From contig JBMFSH010000001.1 in NCBI GenBank assembly GCA_049967655.1, positions 32,001-96,000 on the forward strand: a stretch of 64,000 nt of DNA, given 5' to 3'. Shown here piece by piece: positions 10,186 through 20,023 of the stretch. Each line of letters opens with the position of its first letter. Within the stretch, counting starts at the first letter, position 1. The notes under the pieces are model-generated. The model worked only from the letters and a program-made list of their open reading frames with translations. It was not told the origin of the DNA and searched no databases. Both the position numbers and the translations under genes were made by a program. This DNA is from Acidobacteriota bacterium. GTDB lineage: Bacteria > Acidobacteriota > UBA4820 > DSQY01.

Positions 10186-11529
10186 TCACCGGCACTCATT
10201 CAGCGCCAGGCCGTGCCTGCTGATCTTGCGGTAGAGCGTGGCACGGGAGACACCCAGGAGCTTGGCGGCCCGGTTCACATCGCCCTTCACCTCCCTGAGG
10301 ACCTGTTCGATGTGCCTCTTCTCGGCGGAGCCGAGGTCGGTGGAGCCGTTCGCCGGACCATGGCCGACCGACGCGGGCAGAGAAGAGCCGATGGAGCTGA
10401 AGTGCTCCGGGAGGAGTCTCTTGCCGTCCGAGAGGATCCACGCCCGCTCCAGCACGTTGTGCAGCTCCCTGAGGTTGCCCGGCCATGGGTAGGAGCGGAG
10501 AAGTCCGAGCACCTCCTCCCCCACCTCGGGGACGACTCGACCCTGGACGATGAAGCGGAGAAGGTGCGAGACCAACTGAGGCATCTCCTGGGTCCGCTCG
10601 CGGAGCGGCGGCAGGGTGATGGACAGGGTATTGATCCGATAGAAGAGGTCCCGCCGGAACTCTCCGGATTCGATGCGCTTTTCCAGGTCCTGATGGGTGG
10701 CGCAGATGAGGCGGAAGTCGGAGATCCTCTCCTCCACGCGGCCGAGGGGGCGGAAGCGCTTCTCTTCAAGCACCTTCAGGAACTTGGCCTGCACCGTCAT
10801 ATCCATGTCGCCGATCTCGTCCAGGAACAGGGTGCCGCGGTGGGCCCTCTCCAGCAGCCCCTCCTTCGTCTCCACCGCGCCCGTGAAGGCCCCCTTGGAA
10901 TGGCCGAACAGCTCTGTCTCCAGGAACTCTCCCTTCAGCCCCGCGCAGTTGAGCTCCACGAAGGGCTCGTCGCGTTCACCGGAGTTCTGGTGAATGTAAC
11001 GCGCCACGAGCCCCTTGCCGGTCCCCGTTTCCCCCTGCAAGAGCAGGGGGCTCCGGTGTCGGCAGGCGGCCGCGAGCAGGGGTTCGATGCGCTGCATGGC
11101 CGGGCTGTCCCCGAGGTGGGGAGTCAGCATCCGGGGGCGCTCCTTGAGGGCGCGGTTCTCCCGGCGCAGGGTGCCGATCTGCATGGCCTTGTTCAGGAGA
11201 ATCTCCAGCTCCTTGAGGTCCACGGGCTTGGTCAGAAAATGGTCGGCTCCCCTGCGCATGGCCTCCACGGCCATGGGGATGGTGCCGTGGCCGCTGATGA
11301 CCACCACCGGGACCGAGGGGTCGTGCTCTCGGATCTCTTCCAGGAAGTCGGTGCCCTCTCCGTCCGGAAGCTTCACGTCCAGCAGGATGGCTCCGAAGCC
11401 CTGCTTGCCGAGCCGTTCCCGAGCCTCCGCGAGGCAGGCCGCCTCGGTGATCCGGAATCCCTCACCCTCCAGATACTTGGCAATGCCGAAGCGGATCGCG
11501 GGCTCGTCGTCGATGAGCAGCAGGTTCAT
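10186..11529 (-). CDS. sigma54-dependent response regulator (REC-AAA+-Fis HTH, NtrC family)
   Basis: LLIDDE, GETGTGK, GAFTGA, LFLDEIG, WPGNLREL, AAKLLGVSRATLYRK; start ATG 11529. Confidence 0.95.
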   Translation of the reverse strand: MNLLLIDDEPAIRFGIAKYLEGEGFRITEAACLAEARERLGKQGFGAILLDVKLPDGEGTDFLEEIREHDPSVPVVVISGHGTIPMAVEAMRRGADHFLTKPVDLKELEILLNKAMQIGTLRRENRALKERPRMLTPHLGDSPAMQRIEPLLAAACRHRSPLLLQGETGTGKGLVARYIHQNSGERDEPFVELNCAGLKGEFLETELFGHSKGAFTGAVETKEGLLERAHRGTLFLDEIGDMDMTVQAKFLKVLEEKRFRPLGRVEERISDFRLICATHQDLEKRIESGEFRRDLFYRINTLSITLPPLRERTQEMPQLVSHLLRFIVQGRVVPEVGEEVLGLLRSYPWPGNLRELHNVLERAWILSDGKRLLPEHFSSIGSSLPASVGHGPANGSTDLGSAEKRHIEQVLREVKGDVNRAAKLLGVSRATLYRKISRHGLALNECR

Positions 11530-13016
11530 TCTTCCTTCCCCCGTGCCATTCCTGAAGGCAAGGCTATCAGGAAAGTGGCGCCGGGAGAAGGGGGGGCGCT
11601 GCGCACGCTCAGGGTGCCGCCGTACTGGAGGACCGCGGACCTGGCCAGGCTCAAGCCCAGGCCGGTGCGGTACGGGACGGTGGTGAAAAAGGGCTCGAAG
11701 ATCAGATCGAGGTGGCCCTCCGCGATGCCGGGCCCTTCGTCCTCCACCGAGATGACCGTCAAGCCTTCGGAACGGAGGGCTCGAACCGTGACGGGGCTGC
11801 CGGCGGGGCCGAAGAAGAGGGCGTTCTCGAAGAGATCGGCCAAGCCCTGCGCCAGGGTCTCTCCATCTCCCTGAAGGGCTGGAAGACCGGGCTCGCAATG
11901 GAGCCGGATTCGTTCCGCGTCGAGCTCGGGCCTGCGCTCTCCCGTGATGTCGAGGGCGCGCCGGAGGATGGTCTCCACCTCCACCGTGCCGGACTGGTCC
12001 AGTTCACTCGGGAAGGCGAGCTGCAAGAACCTTCGCACGAGGCGGTCGAGGCGCTTCACCTCACGCAGGACGATCGCGAGGTAGGGTTTGGCCGCGGCGT
12101 CGGAGGAGAGGCTGGTCTCCAGCGCCTGCACGACGGAGCTGATGCCGAACAGGGGGTTTCGGATCTCGTGGGCCAGCCCCTGCAGCATCTTTCTCGTGAG
12201 TTCGAGATCCCGCTGCTGCTTGGCGAGGGCCTGGGCCCTCCGCTCTTCGGTGACCTCGTGCAGAACGTGGAGACAGGCGGGCTGGCCGCCCAGATTGATG
12301 TGCTGGGTGGAGGCGATGAAGGAGCGTCCGCTCCCCGCGTCCGCCCACTCGAGCCCAGAGGCGTCCTGCGTCTGGCACAGCCCGGGGAGGATGTCCGCAC
12401 AGCTCCTCCCGATGCACGCCGGGATCGGCAGCCCGAGGAAGAGCGAGACGGCCATGTTGACCCGGAAGACCCTTCCCGAGCCGTCGTGAATGACGAAGAG
12501 GTCGGAGGAGGCATCGAAGGCCTTCTCCCAGTCGCGCTTGCCCACCGAGAGGACGGATTGGATGCGGATCCTGCCCAGCGTGAGAATGAGCAGGGCGGCC
12601 AGCGCATCGGTCTGCAAGGCTTCCGATGGCGCGGCGCCGGATTGGCCGCCGGAAGCAAGGAGGAGGCAGGGGAACGGCCCCCCAGAAGCATCCAGCGGCA
12701 AGAGGGCATAACCTCCCTCGGCCGCCCGCTCGGCCAAAACCTCAGGCGAAGCGAAGGAGGTGGGGATAGGCTCTTCCTCGCATCGGGTCGGTTCCGCATG
12801 GGGTTCGCCGCCTCCGATGATCCAGCCCTCCAGCGATCCCTTCTCGTCGGGCGCGGAGATCAGGATCGCGCGGCCTCCCTCCGGCAAAGTGCGGGGAAGC
12901 CACCGGCTCAGCGTCTTTGCCACGGCAGGAAGATCGCGGGCCTGGATGAGCTCCATCGCCAGGCCCGTCATGGGCCCCGCGCTCCCCCGTCCCTCCACGG
13001 CGGAGCCGCGCTTCAT
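11526..13016 (-). CDS. cytoplasmic PAS-domain sensor histidine kinase
   Basis: WEKAFDA PAS start, AHEIRNPL H-box, ENA, DEGPGI, FEPFFTT, GLGL. Confidence 0.9.
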   Translation of the reverse strand: MKRGSAVEGRGSAGPMTGLAMELIQARDLPAVAKTLSRWLPRTLPEGGRAILISAPDEKGSLEGWIIGGGEPHAEPTRCEEEPIPTSFASPEVLAERAAEGGYALLPLDASGGPFPCLLLASGGQSGAAPSEALQTDALAALLILTLGRIRIQSVLSVGKRDWEKAFDASSDLFVIHDGSGRVFRVNMAVSLFLGLPIPACIGRSCADILPGLCQTQDASGLEWADAGSGRSFIASTQHINLGGQPACLHVLHEVTEERRAQALAKQQRDLELTRKMLQGLAHEIRNPLFGISSVVQALETSLSSDAAAKPYLAIVLREVKRLDRLVRRFLQLAFPSELDQSGTVEVETILRRALDITGERRPELDAERIRLHCEPGLPALQGDGETLAQGLADLFENALFFGPAGSPVTVRALRSEGLTVISVEDEGPGIAEGHLDLIFEPFFTTVPYRTGLGLSLARSAVLQYGGTLSVRSAPPSPGATFLIALPSGMARGKEE

Positions 13017-13041
13017 GGGAGAGCCGCTGCCGGCCGCCCAG

Positions 13042-13725
13042 TCACAGCGCGTACCCCGCCGGGGTCAACCACGAGCTTAGAATCTCTCCCAGCCGGTCGA
13101 AGGAGATCGGCTTGGTGAGGAAGTCGTCCGCGTACGAATCCCGCAGCACGGCGATGCGCTGGCTCTCCTTCTTGTAGAGACCGGTCATGACGATCACCCG
13201 GATGTCCCGCGTGGCGGGGTCTTCCTTGATTCGGCGGCAAAAGTGCTTGCCGTCGCAGCGCGGCATGATCTGGTCCGTGAGGATCAGGTCCGGCGCGAAC
13301 TGGCGCGCCATCTGAAACCCCTGCTCTCCGTCCTCGGCCAGTAGTACGCCGTAACCCAGCGCCTCCAAGACGTGGAAGGCGATGAGCCGCGTATTGGGAT
13401 CGTCGTCCACCACCTCGATGAGGGGCCTGCGGAGCGGATTGCCCTCTTCGAGGGGAGGCTTGGCGTTGCCGCGGAAAGAGTAGCGCAGCCTGCGCCGCCA
13501 CAAGCCGGGTGGTGCCGCTTCCCAGAAACGTTTGCGGTATTCGGCGTCGGTGTCGCAGAAGCAGGTGTGGCAGAAGGGACAGACCAGCGTCGGGTTGTCG
13601 GTGATGCATTCGCACCAGTCGCTCTGGCACGCATCGAAGGGCCGGCCGCAGTGTTGGCAGATCACCTCGTAGGTGTCCCGGGCGTCCGGGCTGAGCTCCT
13701 CATGGGCGATCGTATTTTCATTCAT
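13042..13725 (-). CDS. response regulator with Cys-rich N-terminal domain
   Basis: CQHC...C...WCEC...CPFCHTCFC followed by VVDDD/TDQIMP/MTG/LTKP receiver; RBS AGGAGG before ATG 13725. Confidence 0.85.
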   Translation of the reverse strand: MNENTIAHEELSPDARDTYEVICQHCGRPFDACQSDWCECITDNPTLVCPFCHTCFCDTDAEYRKRFWEAAPPGLWRRRLRYSFRGNAKPPLEEGNPLRRPLIEVVDDDPNTRLIAFHVLEALGYGVLLAEDGEQGFQMARQFAPDLILTDQIMPRCDGKHFCRRIKEDPATRDIRVIVMTGLYKKESQRIAVLRDSYADDFLTKPISFDRLGEILSSWLTPAGYAL

Positions 13726-13751
13726 GGCGGACCTCCTTGCTCCCACGAGAG

Positions 13752-13767
13752 AGCAAGTCTGATGCCA
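13752..13767 (-). promoter_or_regulatory. sigma54 (-24/-12) promoter of the RR-HK-bEBP genes
   Basis: minus strand TGGCATCAGACTTGCT, GG-N10-GC spacing correct. Confidence 0.8.
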
Positions 13768-13996
13768 GGATCGGCCGCGGGCTGGCCCTGGTGGAAGGCT
13801 TGTGAAAGCAGGTTCCCAGAGGGGACCACCGCGGCTCTCATCCTGCCCGTCGCGAGGTTGAGACCGCCATCCCGGGGATTGGCTCACCTCTGATACGGAG
13901 CCGGAGGCAAGGGCGCCTTCTCCCGTTTCCACAGGAGTATGATGAACTGCTGCGGCCGGTCCGGGGGGATCGGGCGACGCGCCAGGAGGGAGTTCG

Positions 13997-14929
13997 ATGA
14001 GTGAGCCGCTAACGCTGGAGAAGGCCGTGGCCATCAGCCGGGACCTAGTCCCGCATGTGAAGGGGATGACGGGGGGGAAGGCGGCTCTCACGGGCGAGTT
14101 CCCCGACGTCTACGTTCTGGACCACCTGCTCGCGCCTTACTACGGCACCGAGTCGCCCACCCGGGAGGTGGCGGACTTCGCCCTGGCCAGCGGCGTTTAC
14201 GTCTCCCTCATGCTGGCCCGCTTCTGGCGCGGCGCCGGACTGGAGCCGTTCTGGCAGGAGGGGGAGCTGGCCGAGTGCGCCATGGGCGTCGAGATCCTCG
14301 GAGCCGATGGCTCCTCCGCCGAGGTGCTCATGGCCTGTCCCTCCGACCTCCACGGTTTCGTCGTCAGCCTGCCCAATCCCTTCCCCTGTTTTGTCAACGC
14401 GTGGTCCTCGCTGCGGCCGGGAGATCCGATCCTGCCGAAGTACCTACTCGGCGCCCTGCTCCTCAGCCACCCTCTGTCCCGCGCCGAGGCCCCGCCGTTG
14501 CCTCCGGGGGAGGGACCCATGGGGCCCGCATTTCTCCAGGCCATGGTGGAGAGCATCGCCCAGTCGTGCGCGCGGGACCTGCAGCCGGCGACCGATTTCG
14601 AGCGACGCCTCCTGGAGGTGTTGTACGAGGCGTGCCTCTGGCCAGCGGTGGGTTCCTACGGGAACGATTACGGCGTTGAGAACATCCGCCTCCTCATACA
14701 GGCCGTGGCCCACGCGGGGCCGGAGAACCGGGAGAGCGTGCTGTCGGCCCTCCGGGCCATGGAGAGAGGTTGGATGGCTGAGGGGGCCTACCTCTCCGGA
14801 CTCCTCCTCCGAGCCATGCTGAACCGGGAGGACCCGCCCGAAGACCGTCTCGGCTTTACCGTACCCGAGACCCGGGACGTGCTGGCCGAAACCTCGCGGC
14901 TCCTGAAGGAGCAGGAGAAGGGTGCGTAG
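13997..14929 (+). CDS. hypothetical protein
   Basis: 310-aa ORF with AGGAGG RBS and coding-like GC3; no motif recognised. Confidence 0.75.
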   Translation: MSEPLTLEKAVAISRDLVPHVKGMTGGKAALTGEFPDVYVLDHLLAPYYGTESPTREVADFALASGVYVSLMLARFWRGAGLEPFWQEGELAECAMGVEILGADGSSAEVLMACPSDLHGFVVSLPNPFPCFVNAWSSLRPGDPILPKYLLGALLLSHPLSRAEAPPLPPGEGPMGPAFLQAMVESIAQSCARDLQPATDFERRLLEVLYEACLWPAVGSYGNDYGVENIRLLIQAVAHAGPENRESVLSALRAMERGWMAEGAYLSGLLLRAMLNREDPPEDRLGFTVPETRDVLAETSRLLKEQEKGA

Positions 14930-15058
14930 CCTGCCGAAGGAGTGAAGGGCGGAGCAGCTTTGGATGGCGCCCCGCGTGACGGGGAGAATAACCAAGACGC
15001 GAAAGGGGGCGCGGGAGATGGGATCCCGCGCCCCCTTCCTCATGGAGCGAACCAGGAC

Positions 15059-17062
15059 TCAGGCCGCCTCTTCCTTGGCCCGGCAAGCATCCCAGTACAG
15101 GAATCCCGCCAAGAGAAAGAAGACGATCAGTCCGATCCAGTTTCGAGTTTCTTCTCCGAAGTGAAAGGCCATGGGCTCAATATGAATGTACTCCGTGGCC
15201 ATCTTGGTGAAGCCGTCGGCCACCCCCGCCAGCGCGCCCCCCGCGATGAGGCCTGAGGCGAGCAGGATGCCCTTGTCGTTGCGGGCCTTGGAGAGCCCGG
15301 CGCTCTTCGTGGAGTGCTGAACCAACCAGGCCACGATGGCGCCCAGAAGGATCGGGCTGTTGAGCTCGATGGGCAGATACATGCCGAGGGCGAAGGCCAG
15401 GGCGGAGATCCCCAGCATGGAGACGATGACGGCGATGACGGCGCCCACGGCGTAGAGCATCCAGGGCGCCCCCTGGCCGCCGAGGAAGGCGTTGGCCACC
15501 GCGGCCATGGCGCTCGCCTGGGGCGCCGCCAACGGGTGGGGGTGCTGCGCCGTGGGCGTTCCGTATCCATAGATGTTGGCGAACAGCATGATGACCAAGG
15601 TCACGGTGAAGCTGGCGAAGGCCGAGCCGATAATGTTGCTCCACTGGATCGTCCTCGGCGTGGAGCCCAGCCAGTAGCCGATCTTGAACTGCGTGACGAG
15701 GGAACCGGACATGGAGAGGGCCGTGCAGACCACACCGCCGATGAGCAGGATGGCGAGCATGCCCGCTTTGCCCGAGAGGCCGAGGGCCGACATGATGACC
15801 GCGGCGATGATGAGGGTCGTGAGCGTCATGCCCGAGATGGGAGTCACCGAAATCATGGCCACGGCCCAGGCCGAGACGGCGGAGAAGAGGAAGACGATGA
15901 CGAGGGTCAGGAGGAGGGCCAGGAAGGCAAGGAGCCAGGCCTTCGGCTCGCCGGCCAGGACTGAGAACCGGAAATACAAGAAGATGGCCGCCGAGAGCGC
16001 CACGATCATGGCCACCACCCAGGTCATCTTGATGTCCCGGTCCAAGCGGGAGTCGATCGCCCCCTCCTCGCGCTTCTTGAAGATCTGGGCCAGCATCTGC
16101 TGGAGCGCCTGCTTGATCACCGGGGCCATCTTGAGAATGGAGATGACGCCCGCCGCGAAGATCCCTCCGATGCCGATGTTTCTCACCCCCAGCAGCTTGT
16201 CCCCGAAGATCTGGGTGTAGCTCATGGCCTCGTAGGCGGGGCCTCCCACCTTGGCGAAGAGGGGAACCAGAACGAAGTAGGAGAGCATGGAGCCGGCCAT
16301 GATGATGGAGGCGTACTGGATGCCGATGATGTACCCCAGCCCTAGGACGGCCGCCGACGTACTCATGGCGAAGACGCCCTTGACCTTGTTGGTGAAGAAA
16401 TCCATCCCCTTCAGCGAGGCGGTGGTGAAGGTGTCGGTCCAGGCGTGATAGGAGAGCGCCAGGTAATCCAGCACGATGCCGATCCCCAGGGCGTAGAGAA
16501 GGGTTTTGGCCTGGTTGCCCCCCCGCTCGCCGGTGACCAGGATCTCCGTCGTGGCCGTCGCCTCGGGGAAGGGGAGTTTGCCGTGCATCTCGTGGGTGAA
16601 GTAGCGGCGGAAGGGGATGAGGAAGAGCACGCCCAGCACGGCGCCCAGGAAGGGCACGATGAAGATCTGGAAGAAGCCGCCCTTCAGCCCGAGGATGTAA
16701 ATGGCCGGCATGGTGAAGACCGACCCGCCCACCACGATGCCCGAGGTAGCCCCGATGGCCAGGATGTTCACGTTCTCGATCATGATGCTCTTGCGCGCCA
16801 CCATGGCGGAAAAGCCGATGGCGAGGATGGAGATGGGGATGGCCGTCTCGATGCCCTGGCCGAGCTTGAGGGCGATGTAGGCCGCGGCCGCGGAGAAGAC
16901 GATGGTCATGAAGAGGCCGAAGGTAATGGATCGGGCTGTGACCTCCGGGACGCCGGATTGGGCGCTGATGAGAGGTACGTACTCCTCGCCGGGCTTGAGC
17001 TCCCGGTAGGCATTCTCGGGCAGCTGCGTGGAGTTCTTGGTGGACGGGTCCTGTGCGCTCAT
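15059..17062 (-). CDS. oligopeptide transporter, OPT family
   Basis: LPENAYREL, PEVTARS, LPFPEATAT, KIGYWLGSTP, LAAPQA, ASGLIAGG; many TM helices. Confidence 0.93.
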   Translation of the reverse strand: MSAQDPSTKNSTQLPENAYRELKPGEEYVPLISAQSGVPEVTARSITFGLFMTIVFSAAAAYIALKLGQGIETAIPISILAIGFSAMVARKSIMIENVNILAIGATSGIVVGGSVFTMPAIYILGLKGGFFQIFIVPFLGAVLGVLFLIPFRRYFTHEMHGKLPFPEATATTEILVTGERGGNQAKTLLYALGIGIVLDYLALSYHAWTDTFTTASLKGMDFFTNKVKGVFAMSTSAAVLGLGYIIGIQYASIIMAGSMLSYFVLVPLFAKVGGPAYEAMSYTQIFGDKLLGVRNIGIGGIFAAGVISILKMAPVIKQALQQMLAQIFKKREEGAIDSRLDRDIKMTWVVAMIVALSAAIFLYFRFSVLAGEPKAWLLAFLALLLTLVIVFLFSAVSAWAVAMISVTPISGMTLTTLIIAAVIMSALGLSGKAGMLAILLIGGVVCTALSMSGSLVTQFKIGYWLGSTPRTIQWSNIIGSAFASFTVTLVIMLFANIYGYGTPTAQHPHPLAAPQASAMAAVANAFLGGQGAPWMLYAVGAVIAVIVSMLGISALAFALGMYLPIELNSPILLGAIVAWLVQHSTKSAGLSKARNDKGILLASGLIAGGALAGVADGFTKMATEYIHIEPMAFHFGEETRNWIGLIVFFLLAGFLYWDACRAKEEAA

Positions 17063-17094
17063 GCATCCCCCTTCTCAAAGGTCGGCACCAAAAG

Positions 17095-17123
17095 AGCTTA
17101 CCGTAAAGTGGTGGGAGGCTCAA
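17095..17123 (-). promoter_or_regulatory. putative sigma70 promoter of the OPT gene
   Basis: minus strand TTGAGC-N17-TAAGCT. Confidence 0.45.
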
Positions 17124-17522
17124 GCCAGACGGCAGTGGGTGGAGGGTGGAGGGTGGAGAAGAGTGCGCGGCCTGGCGGAGGCTTCTCCAGAGGTTGATGC
17201 GCTGGCTGACCGAGGCGCGCCTTTTCAGCTCTCCGTCGGCTGGGCCCCTCTGCGGCCGAACCGTCATGGTTCGTCCTTCATCCCGTTTGTGACGCCTGGG
17301 GGCGCACGCTATTCTCAGATCGACTTCAAGGGGTTCCGGGGTTGCAGCGCCAAGCCAGGTGGTGGCTGGCATGGGAAGGCTCTCTCGGGCCGCCAATCTT
17401 TTTTACGGCATCGCCGCCCTGCTCGGCGTGATCGCCGCGTGCGGGGCTAACTCCGCGTGGCCCGCTTGGCGCTCGCGGCCCATTGGGCTAGGATTATCCC
17501 CTGACTCCAGGGGAGGAGCGCC

Positions 17523-19376
17523 ATGAGCCGCAGAGATGGCGCGGCCCCCGCCGGCGGGCGCGGCCGCGTTCAAATTCGCTACCTGGATGGCCGGCGCTTC
17601 CGCCGCGCGGTCCTGGCGGGCATCGAATGGTTGCACCAGCAGCGAGAGCACCTCAATGAGATCAACGTTTATCCCGTTCCCGATGCGGACACGGGGACCA
17701 ACATGTCCCTCACCATGCGCTCGGCGGCCGAGGGGCTGAAGCAGCAACTCGACAGGGCCATCGAACTGACGAGCCGGGACATGGCCGACCACGCCATTCT
17801 CGGCTCGCAGGGGAATTCCGGCGCCATCCTCGCGCAATTCCTCAAGGGGCTTTCCGACGGCTTGAGGGGCAAGGCGCGCATCACCACCATGGAGTTCGCC
17901 CAGGCGGCCGAGCGGGCCAAGCACTCCGCGTACGCCGCCCTGGCGAGGCCTCGGGAGGGAACCATCCTGACGGTGATCAAGGACTGGTGCGACCACATCG
18001 AGTCCCGCTGGATGGAGTCGGAAGACTTCGTTGATCTGTTGAAGGGCGCCCTGGCAAAGGCGAAGGAATCGCTGAAGAGAACTCCCGACCAGCTCCAGGT
18101 GCTCAAGGACCACGGCGTCGTGGATGCGGGTGCGGCGGGCTTCATCAATCTGCTGGAGGGGATCACCGAATATGTTGAGACGGGCAACATTAGGGCCTCA
18201 GCCGTCCCGGTGGCGCCGGACGAGAGGGAAAAGCTCGTACCCCACGTGCGCCTCCTGTACGGAGAACGACCTCAGCTCCTCACCTATCGCTACTGCACGG
18301 AGTGCGTCGTGCGGACTCCCATGCCCGTCCAGCGCTCGCTGCTCGAGTCCGAACTCCAATCGCTCGGTGATTCGCTCGTGGTGGTCATGGGCGACAGCGT
18401 CGTGAAGATTCACCTTCACACTAACGAACCCAGCCGGCTCTACGAGGTGGCCGGGCGTTTCGGCGTCATCCTCCGAAGGAAGTGCGACGACATGCAGGCC
18501 CAGCACGTCCAGGCCGTCTCCGCTCCCATGGGCGTGGCTGTGGTAACGGACTCGGCCTGCGATCTGCCGCCGGAGCTCCTCGCCAGAGAGTCGATCACCG
18601 TGGTACCGCTCAAGGTGATCTTCGGGGAGGAGGTGTTCCTGGACAGGATCGAGATGAGCCCCTCGGGATTCCTCGACCGCTGCCGAACCTCGCCCCAACA
18701 CCCCAAGACCAGCCAACCCACCGTGAACGATTTCCTGCAGGGATACGAACTGGCGGCGCGCCAAGGCCGGGAGATCGTGGTGGTCTGCCTCTCCGGTGCG
18801 GTCAGCGGGACCTTCGAGGCGGCGCGAACGGCCGCTGCGCAGTTTAAGGGCGCGGCGGTCCACGTGGTGGACAGCCGCTCCGTCTCCGTGGCGGAGGGTC
18901 TGCTCGTGAGGGAGGCCTTGGACATGGCGGAGGCCGGCGAGAGCGGGACGGCCATCGCGGAGAGGCTCGAAGAGCTGAAGACGCGGGTCCGCCTCTTCGT
19001 ATCGCTCAGGAGTCTGGACTTCGCCCACCGCGGCGGCCGTGTGAGCGCGGGAAAGAACCTCCTGGCCAAGATGCTGGGCATCAAGCCGGTGGTCTCCTTC
19101 AACGCCGAGGGCAAGATCTTTTCCGCGGGCGCGGCCTTCGGCAACCGTCGAGTGGAGGCGAAGGTGGTGGCCCTCGCCCGCGCGGAGTGGAGCCGGTACA
19201 AGCGTTTCCGGGTGGCCGTCGCCCACATGGACGCTCCCGAGGTGGCGCGCTACTACGCCGAGCGCATCAGGGCTCTGGCCGGCGTCGCCGACGTGCCGGT
19301 GGTGGAGGCAACGCCGGTCCTCGGCACGCACTCGGGGCCGGGTGCGGCGGCCATCGCCGTCCTGGGGCTCGCTTGA
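17523..19376 (+). CDS. DAK2-DegV fusion (fatty acid kinase FakA-FakB type)
   Basis: INVYPVPDADTGTNM, GNSGAIL, EGTILTV, VVDAG, YRYCTE, KIHLH; then DegV VVTDSACDL, KTSQP, SGT, GGR, HSGPG. Confidence 0.92.
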   Translation: MSRRDGAAPAGGRGRVQIRYLDGRRFRRAVLAGIEWLHQQREHLNEINVYPVPDADTGTNMSLTMRSAAEGLKQQLDRAIELTSRDMADHAILGSQGNSGAILAQFLKGLSDGLRGKARITTMEFAQAAERAKHSAYAALARPREGTILTVIKDWCDHIESRWMESEDFVDLLKGALAKAKESLKRTPDQLQVLKDHGVVDAGAAGFINLLEGITEYVETGNIRASAVPVAPDEREKLVPHVRLLYGERPQLLTYRYCTECVVRTPMPVQRSLLESELQSLGDSLVVVMGDSVVKIHLHTNEPSRLYEVAGRFGVILRRKCDDMQAQHVQAVSAPMGVAVVTDSACDLPPELLARESITVVPLKVIFGEEVFLDRIEMSPSGFLDRCRTSPQHPKTSQPTVNDFLQGYELAARQGREIVVVCLSGAVSGTFEAARTAAAQFKGAAVHVVDSRSVSVAEGLLVREALDMAEAGESGTAIAERLEELKTRVRLFVSLRSLDFAHRGGRVSAGKNLLAKMLGIKPVVSFNAEGKIFSAGAAFGNRRVEAKVVALARAEWSRYKRFRVAVAHMDAPEVARYYAERIRALAGVADVPVVEATPVLGTHSGPGAAAIAVLGLA

Positions 19377-20023
19377 ACGGATCGCTCCTGCCCCTCCTGC
19401 CGGCCATACTCCTCTCCTACTTGGCCGGCTCCTTCCCCACGAGCATCCTGGTGTCCCGCTTGGTGAAGGGCATCGACATCCGCCAGCACGGGAGCGGCAA
19501 CGCGGGCGGCACCAACGTGCTGCGCGTGGTGGGCTGGAAGGCGGCCCTCTTGGTGGCGCTGGTGGATGTGGGCAAGGGCTGGCTGGCTGCCGCGGTGATC
19601 TCGCGCCTCTCCTTCGGTGGTGCGTCTCCCGAGCCGGTGGTGGCCATGACGGTCGCCGGTGCCGCCGCCGTCGTGGGGCACGTCTATCCCGTCTTCGCCG
19701 GCTTCCGGGGAGGCAAGGGCGTGGGGACCACCGCGGGCATGATGATCGCCGTCCATCCTCTCGTGCTGGCCGCCTGCGCACCCCTATTTGTCGTCACCGT
19801 GCTCGCGACACGGATGGTCTCCCTGGGGTCGGTGCTCGCGGCCACCTCCTTCCCGCTGCTGCTCTGGGCCATGAGCGGGACGAGCTGGGTGAGGGAAAAC
19901 CCTTGGCCGTTTTGGATCGTTGCCGGTCTCGCGCTGTTCATCGTGGTGAAGCATCGAAGCAACATCCTTCGCATCCTGGCCGGTACCGAGAACCGGCTGG
20001 GCCGCCGACCCTCCGCCAGCTAA
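19373..20023 (+). CDS. plsY: glycerol-3-phosphate 1-O-acyltransferase
   Basis: DIRQHGSGNAGGTNVLR, DVGKG, GHVYP, FRGGKGV, KHRSNI; TTG start overlaps upstream TGA. Confidence 0.95.
   Translation: MNGSLLPLLPAILLSYLAGSFPTSILVSRLVKGIDIRQHGSGNAGGTNVLRVVGWKAALLVALVDVGKGWLAAAVISRLSFGGASPEPVVAMTVAGAAAVVGHVYPVFAGFRGGKGVGTTAGMMIAVHPLVLAACAPLFVVTVLATRMVSLGSVLAATSFPLLLWAMSGTSWVRENPWPFWIVAGLALFIVVKHRSNILRILAGTENRLGRRPSAS

Noticed and set aside
17165..17340. Possible riboswitch or 6S RNA upstream of the OPT gene
   Set aside because: Some stems exist (CGAACC/GGTTCG), but no consensus of glycine, lysine, SAM, TPP, cobalamin or cyclic-dinucleotide riboswitches was found, and a candidate promoter lies closer to the gene.
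15177..17396. Long alternative-frame ORFs (this one, 26127-28148, 32049-34118 and similar)
   Set aside because: Shadow or antisense frames of clear genes, expected in high-GC DNA.
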